A DNA stretch of 24,000 bases from Microcoleus sp. K4-B3 (lineage in GTDB: Bacteria; Cyanobacteriota; Cyanobacteriia; Cyanobacteriales; Microcoleaceae), in the NCBI GenBank assembly GCA_036704615.1, contig JAUBSF010000008.1. The stretch is one strand, 5' to 3'. Shown here in pieces: positions 21,501 through 24,000 of the stretch. The notes under the pieces were generated by a model that worked only from the letters and a program-made list of their open reading frames with translations, was not told the DNA's origin and made no database searches. Position numbers and translations under genes: made by a program. Position 1 is the stretch's first letter; every line of letters starts with the position of its first letter.

Positions 21501-24000
21501 CATTTTAGTCGGTCACGGTTTGCTATTTCTGCTGCGGGAAGCCCCAGAAGACCGCTATCAATTGGTACACGACTATTTAGTGCGACCGATCCGCCAAAGA
21601 TTCGGCTTAGAAGCCAGACTGCACAAAGCAGAAGCCGACAAAAACATGAGTCAAGCACAGCTCTACCGAGCCAATACTTTTCTCAAACAACTGCTGGGAT
21701 TAGCAGTGATCGGCGTCATGCTGCTAACAAGTTCCACCATCGCCGCCGTAAACTTTTGGTGGCGGGCAGTGGGTCAAAAACAGCTAGCTGTCGCTCAAAC
21801 TCAACGAGCCGAAATCAGTACCCTCACAGCAGCCTCTGAAGCACTTTATTTCTCAAACAACAAATTTGACGCCATGATGGAAAGTTTGAGAGCTGGTAAA
21901 AAGTGGAGACACATCGAACACTCCCAAGAAATGTATACTCTCAAAGACACCGAAATTCTAATTTCTGCTGCCCTCCAGCAGGCTGTTTATGGAGTCAAAG
22001 AACGCAACCGCTTGGAGGGACACGGCGATGTAGTTTGGGGTCTTAGTTTCAGTCCAGACGGCGAAACAATAGCTTCTTCCAGTGTAGATAAAACCGTCAA
22101 ACTTTGGCGGCGCGACGGCAGTTTGCTGGCAACTTTTAAAGGTCACACTAACAGCGTCTCCTCTGTCGCGTTCAGTCCAGACAACAAAACCATAGCCTCG
22201 GCAAGTTTAGATAAAACTGTCAAAATTTGGCAAACTGACGGCAGTTTGCTGGCAACTTTCAAAGGGCATACTAATAGCGTTACCAGCGTTGCTTTTAGCC
22301 CTGACGGTCAAACGATCGCCAGTGCATCTACAGACAAAACAATCAAACTTTGGAAAACCGACGGCACGCTGCTGCGAACGATCGAACAATTTGCTCCCGT
22401 AAATTGGCTCAGCTTCAGCCGCGACGGCCAAATAATCGCTGTGGCGAGCGATGACGGTAGTGTGAAACTGTGGAGTTCTGACGGCAGGTTGCTCGCTAAT
22501 TTGTGGCACAGCGACAACAGACAACCCTCGAAAATTTACACCGTCAGTTTCTCCCCCGACGGTGAAACGATCGCCAGTGCGGGTGAAGACAAAACGGTGA
22601 AAATCTGGAGCATCGCTGCACTAAAACACCCAGCAACACAAAATTCAACACAAGCAAATAAAGGTGAACTACTAACAACTTTGCGGGGACACAGCAAATG
22701 GGTATTTGGTGTCAGTTTCTCCCCTGACGGTCAAACACTTGCTTCTGGAAGTGCAGACGGGACTGTCAAACTCTGGAGTCTTGCTGGTGTTGGCGACAAA
22801 CGCCCAACAGATGCTAGCAATATTAAACCGGAGAGTCGCCTGCTGAGAACTTTTGAGGGACACGCCGATCGGGTTACTCAGGTGAGTTTTAGCCCGGAAG
22901 GCAAAACCTTGGCTTCGGCAAGTTTTGACAAAACTGTCAGGCTGTGGCGGCTCGATGACGTGCCGCTCAAAACCCTCGACGGACACCAAAACCGGGTGCA
23001 AAGCGTTACTTTCAGCCCCGACGGCCAAAGGCTGGCTTCTGCTTCTACGGACAAAACTATCAAACTCTGGAGCCGCACGGGAGTTTTGCTGGAAACCTTG
23101 GAAGGACACACTCAGAGAGTGGCCAGCGTCAGTTTCAGCCCCGACGGCCAGGTACTTGCTTCTGGGAGTTACGACAAAACGGTGAAAGTCTGGAGTTTGA
23201 AAGAAGATGGCATGAGTAATATTCTGCCTTGTCCTTCGGCTCCGCTGTTCCCGTGTTCGCCTTCTGTGCTGTTGACTCTCGACGGCCACGCCGACAGCGT
23301 GATGAGCGTGAGTTTTAGCCCCGACAGCGAGATTCTCGCTTCGGCGAGCAAGGACAAGACTGTGAAACTGTGGACGAGAAACGGCAGGTTGATTAAGACT
23401 TTGACGGGACACACAGGCTGGGTGACTGGGGTGACTTTCAGTCCCGACGGCTCGATGCTGGCTTCTGCAAGCGATGACGGTACTGTCAAACTCTGGAATC
23501 GGGACGGTCGTTTGCTGAGAACTTTTGAAGGAGCTCACAACAGTTTTGTGTTGGGGGTTGCTTTTAGCCCTGATGGCAAAATGCTCGCTTCGGCTGGTTA
23601 CGACAATTCGGTCAAATTGTGGAAGGTAGACGGGACTTTGGTGGCGACGCTGCTGAAGGGTTCTAGCGACAGCGTGACTAGCGTTGCTTTTAGCCCGGAT
23701 GGTTTGTTGGTTGCTTCGGGCAGTTATGACCATAAGGTGAAACTGTGGAGTCGCAGCGGGACTTTGCTCAAAACTCTGAATGGACATAAAGACAGCGTGA
23801 TGAGCGTCAGTTTTAGCCCGGATGGCAAGGTTCTCGCTTCTGCTGGCAGAGATAATCGGGTGATTTTGTGGAATTTGGATCTTGACGATTTGCTGGTGAG
23901 GGGCTGCGACTGGGTGGGCGATTATCTGAGAACTAATCCGAATGTCAGCGATCGCGATCGGCGCCTCTGTGAGGGGGTGGCGGCAAAAGCTCAATTTTAG
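18529..24000 (+). CDS. Giant multidomain protein: N-terminal module + TPR-like repeats + nSTAND-type P-loop NTPase + one TM helix + 14 WD40 repeats
   Basis: 1823 aa, with AAGAGG 7 nt before the ATG and a stop at 23998-24000. Walker A is HGPSGVGKSSLVNAGLVPAL (aa ~646-654) and Walker B is LTVLIFDQFEEFF (D ~754). A hydrophobic helix LLGLAVIGVMLLTSSTIAAVNFWW lies at aa ~1053-1079. From aa ~1162 there are 14 units of the GH..V..V.FSPDG..LASAS.DKTVKLW type, which is two 7-bladed propellers. The conserved C-terminal tail is DLDDLLVRGCDWVGDYL. Confidence 0.9.
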   Translation: MTDLIKVQETANYNERSLKTLVRSITMSQQQFSLILVRCNYQQLRQQIAQRLREVSPVPIQDFVLPASVKTLYTTLLASTFQEGFSPVGSASALMVFGLETVVAIDELMASTNQVRDEFRKNFSCPVILWVTDDIVTKMIRLAPDFKSWAAATIKFEMAVDELINFLAGRADTIFKVGELNQEIGSSNVGALASFGTWETQCEKRALEREISPGERFLTFHSQPQNARQSDLRSYSPLSPGNTLDLAIGSLPRRELELALRDLQNRGEELEPALKASLQFVLGRDYYVSDQTETALIHYQESLAFWQQQTGNWELANSEDSENPETFSSLSNPVPNILYLEREGIVLFHIALCHRLQAARNPVANRQHWEQAWISLEQSRNAFSLASRPELVAEVTAHLGEVLQRLKAWGELQALAENSLQLHFTYGTPSQLAQDYGFLAEVALQQSRWSQARQLAELALAILDQTPNDLRLLIEDLRLGFEGNYPEIVGTNESSNDPKSKIQHPKSDRSSYLLLLARSLRQLSQWEAAVHSLELAQSQSEPKYDPRLYIDILTELQAVYFEQGEYLKAFRIKKTQRSIEYQYGFRAFIGASQLQQQRQAVNPSGPSAQNQAAIAAEMTAYSRQTDINSLLERISRDDHKLTIIHGPSGVGKSSLVNAGLVPALKNITPGARDTLPVVVKVYTDWLVELENALNGALYDKQAEEESKLISKGVQEIHKRSCLVIPDRSSEVSSFIIDKLRENATNNLLTVLIFDQFEEFFFVSTSVAQRQLFYNFLRLFLNLPYVKVILCLREDYLHYLLDCDRFPNLDAINNNILDKSIRYQLRSFSIKDARAVIGHLTERAEFYLEPALIDAFVEDLADELQEVRPIELQVVGAQLQEEGITSLAQYQQLGDNPKAELVKRSLERVISDCGPVNEDAAWKILFSLTDERGVRLIKTKHELSLVTNQQPADARETELSAIGRNRISLQRQFAKDPESRQKKTDNLDLILDILVGHGLLFLLREAPEDRYQLVHDYLVRPIRQRFGLEARLHKAEADKNMSQAQLYRANTFLKQLLGLAVIGVMLLTSSTIAAVNFWWRAVGQKQLAVAQTQRAEISTLTAASEALYFSNNKFDAMMESLRAGKKWRHIEHSQEMYTLKDTEILISAALQQAVYGVKERNRLEGHGDVVWGLSFSPDGETIASSSVDKTVKLWRRDGSLLATFKGHTNSVSSVAFSPDNKTIASASLDKTVKIWQTDGSLLATFKGHTNSVTSVAFSPDGQTIASASTDKTIKLWKTDGTLLRTIEQFAPVNWLSFSRDGQIIAVASDDGSVKLWSSDGRLLANLWHSDNRQPSKIYTVSFSPDGETIASAGEDKTVKIWSIAALKHPATQNSTQANKGELLTTLRGHSKWVFGVSFSPDGQTLASGSADGTVKLWSLAGVGDKRPTDASNIKPESRLLRTFEGHADRVTQVSFSPEGKTLASASFDKTVRLWRLDDVPLKTLDGHQNRVQSVTFSPDGQRLASASTDKTIKLWSRTGVLLETLEGHTQRVASVSFSPDGQVLASGSYDKTVKVWSLKEDGMSNILPCPSAPLFPCSPSVLLTLDGHADSVMSVSFSPDSEILASASKDKTVKLWTRNGRLIKTLTGHTGWVTGVTFSPDGSMLASASDDGTVKLWNRDGRLLRTFEGAHNSFVLGVAFSPDGKMLASAGYDNSVKLWKVDGTLVATLLKGSSDSVTSVAFSPDGLLVASGSYDHKVKLWSRSGTLLKTLNGHKDSVMSVSFSPDGKVLASAGRDNRVILWNLDLDDLLVRGCDWVGDYLRTNPNVSDRDRRLCEGVAAKAQF
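19933..20049 (+). repeat. In-frame copy of the palindromic heptamer repeat family inside the giant CDS
   Basis: The left arm is GATTTGAGATTG ... GATTTGAGATTGGGG (19933-19966). The right arm is GATCCAAAATCTAAAATCCAACATCCCAAATC (20017-20048). The heptamers are the same as in the 12006-12163 intergenic array. The segment encodes DLRLLIEDLRLGFEG ... NDPKSKIQHPKS. Confidence 0.7.
22012..23880 (+). repeat. 14 tandem WD40-coding units (~126 nt each, some with insertions)
   Basis: The periodicity is read from the protein and the DNA. The junctions of units 1/2 and 2/3 are nearly identical at the nucleotide level (GACGGCAGTTTGCTGGCAACTTT[T/C]AAAGG[T/G]CA[C/T]ACTAA[C/T]AGCGT). Confidence 0.9.

Noticed and set aside
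22672-23994. 440-aa ORF on the minus strand (plus shorter ones at 22207-22524, 22878-23111 and 23169-23489) opposite the WD40 repeats
   Set aside because: It is entirely antisense to a strongly supported sense gene. The open frame is a by-product of the repetitive, stop-poor codon pattern of WD40 units. The product is low-complexity and has no motifs.

Overview
This looks like a chromosomal segment of a filamentous cyanobacterium. The inference rests on frequent HIP1 GCGATCGC octamers, STRR-like heptamer arrays, an ftsQ-ftsZ pair and a giant WD40 gene. The left 10 kb is a DNA phosphorothioation (dnd) locus. It holds a 530-aa DGQHR paralogue on the minus strand, then dndB, dndC, dndD and dndE on the plus strand. 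It is not the usual compact operon, because three small nuclease-fold genes are wedged in. A PD-(D/E)XK-like gene sits on the opposite strand after dndB. An AT-rich HNH endonuclease gene sits directly before dndC; it is cut by an in-frame TAG, and its continuing frame ends in an ATGA overlap with the dndC start. A GxxExxY/PDDEXK_3 gene sits between dndC and dndD. The spacers carry unusual repeats: a 16-unit ATGCCCC array abutting the dndB ATG, a 41-42-nt tandem array closed by a 24-bp inverted repeat before dndD, and hairpins before dndE. No dndA, dndFGH, pbe or ssp genes are visible. The middle holds thiD, an MBL-fold protein, ftsZ and ftsQ. A tnpB-only IS200/IS605-type element lies between ftsQ and ftsZ, with its right end only tens of nt from the ftsZ start. 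Convergent gene ends are separated by palindromic heptamer arrays. The right 7.5 kb holds a P-loop ATPase gene and a 1823-aa protein built as TPR, nSTAND-type NTPase, TM helix and 14 WD40 repeats, which also carries an in-frame copy of the heptamer repeat family. All family assignments come from motifs read by eye and from memory; no searches were run.
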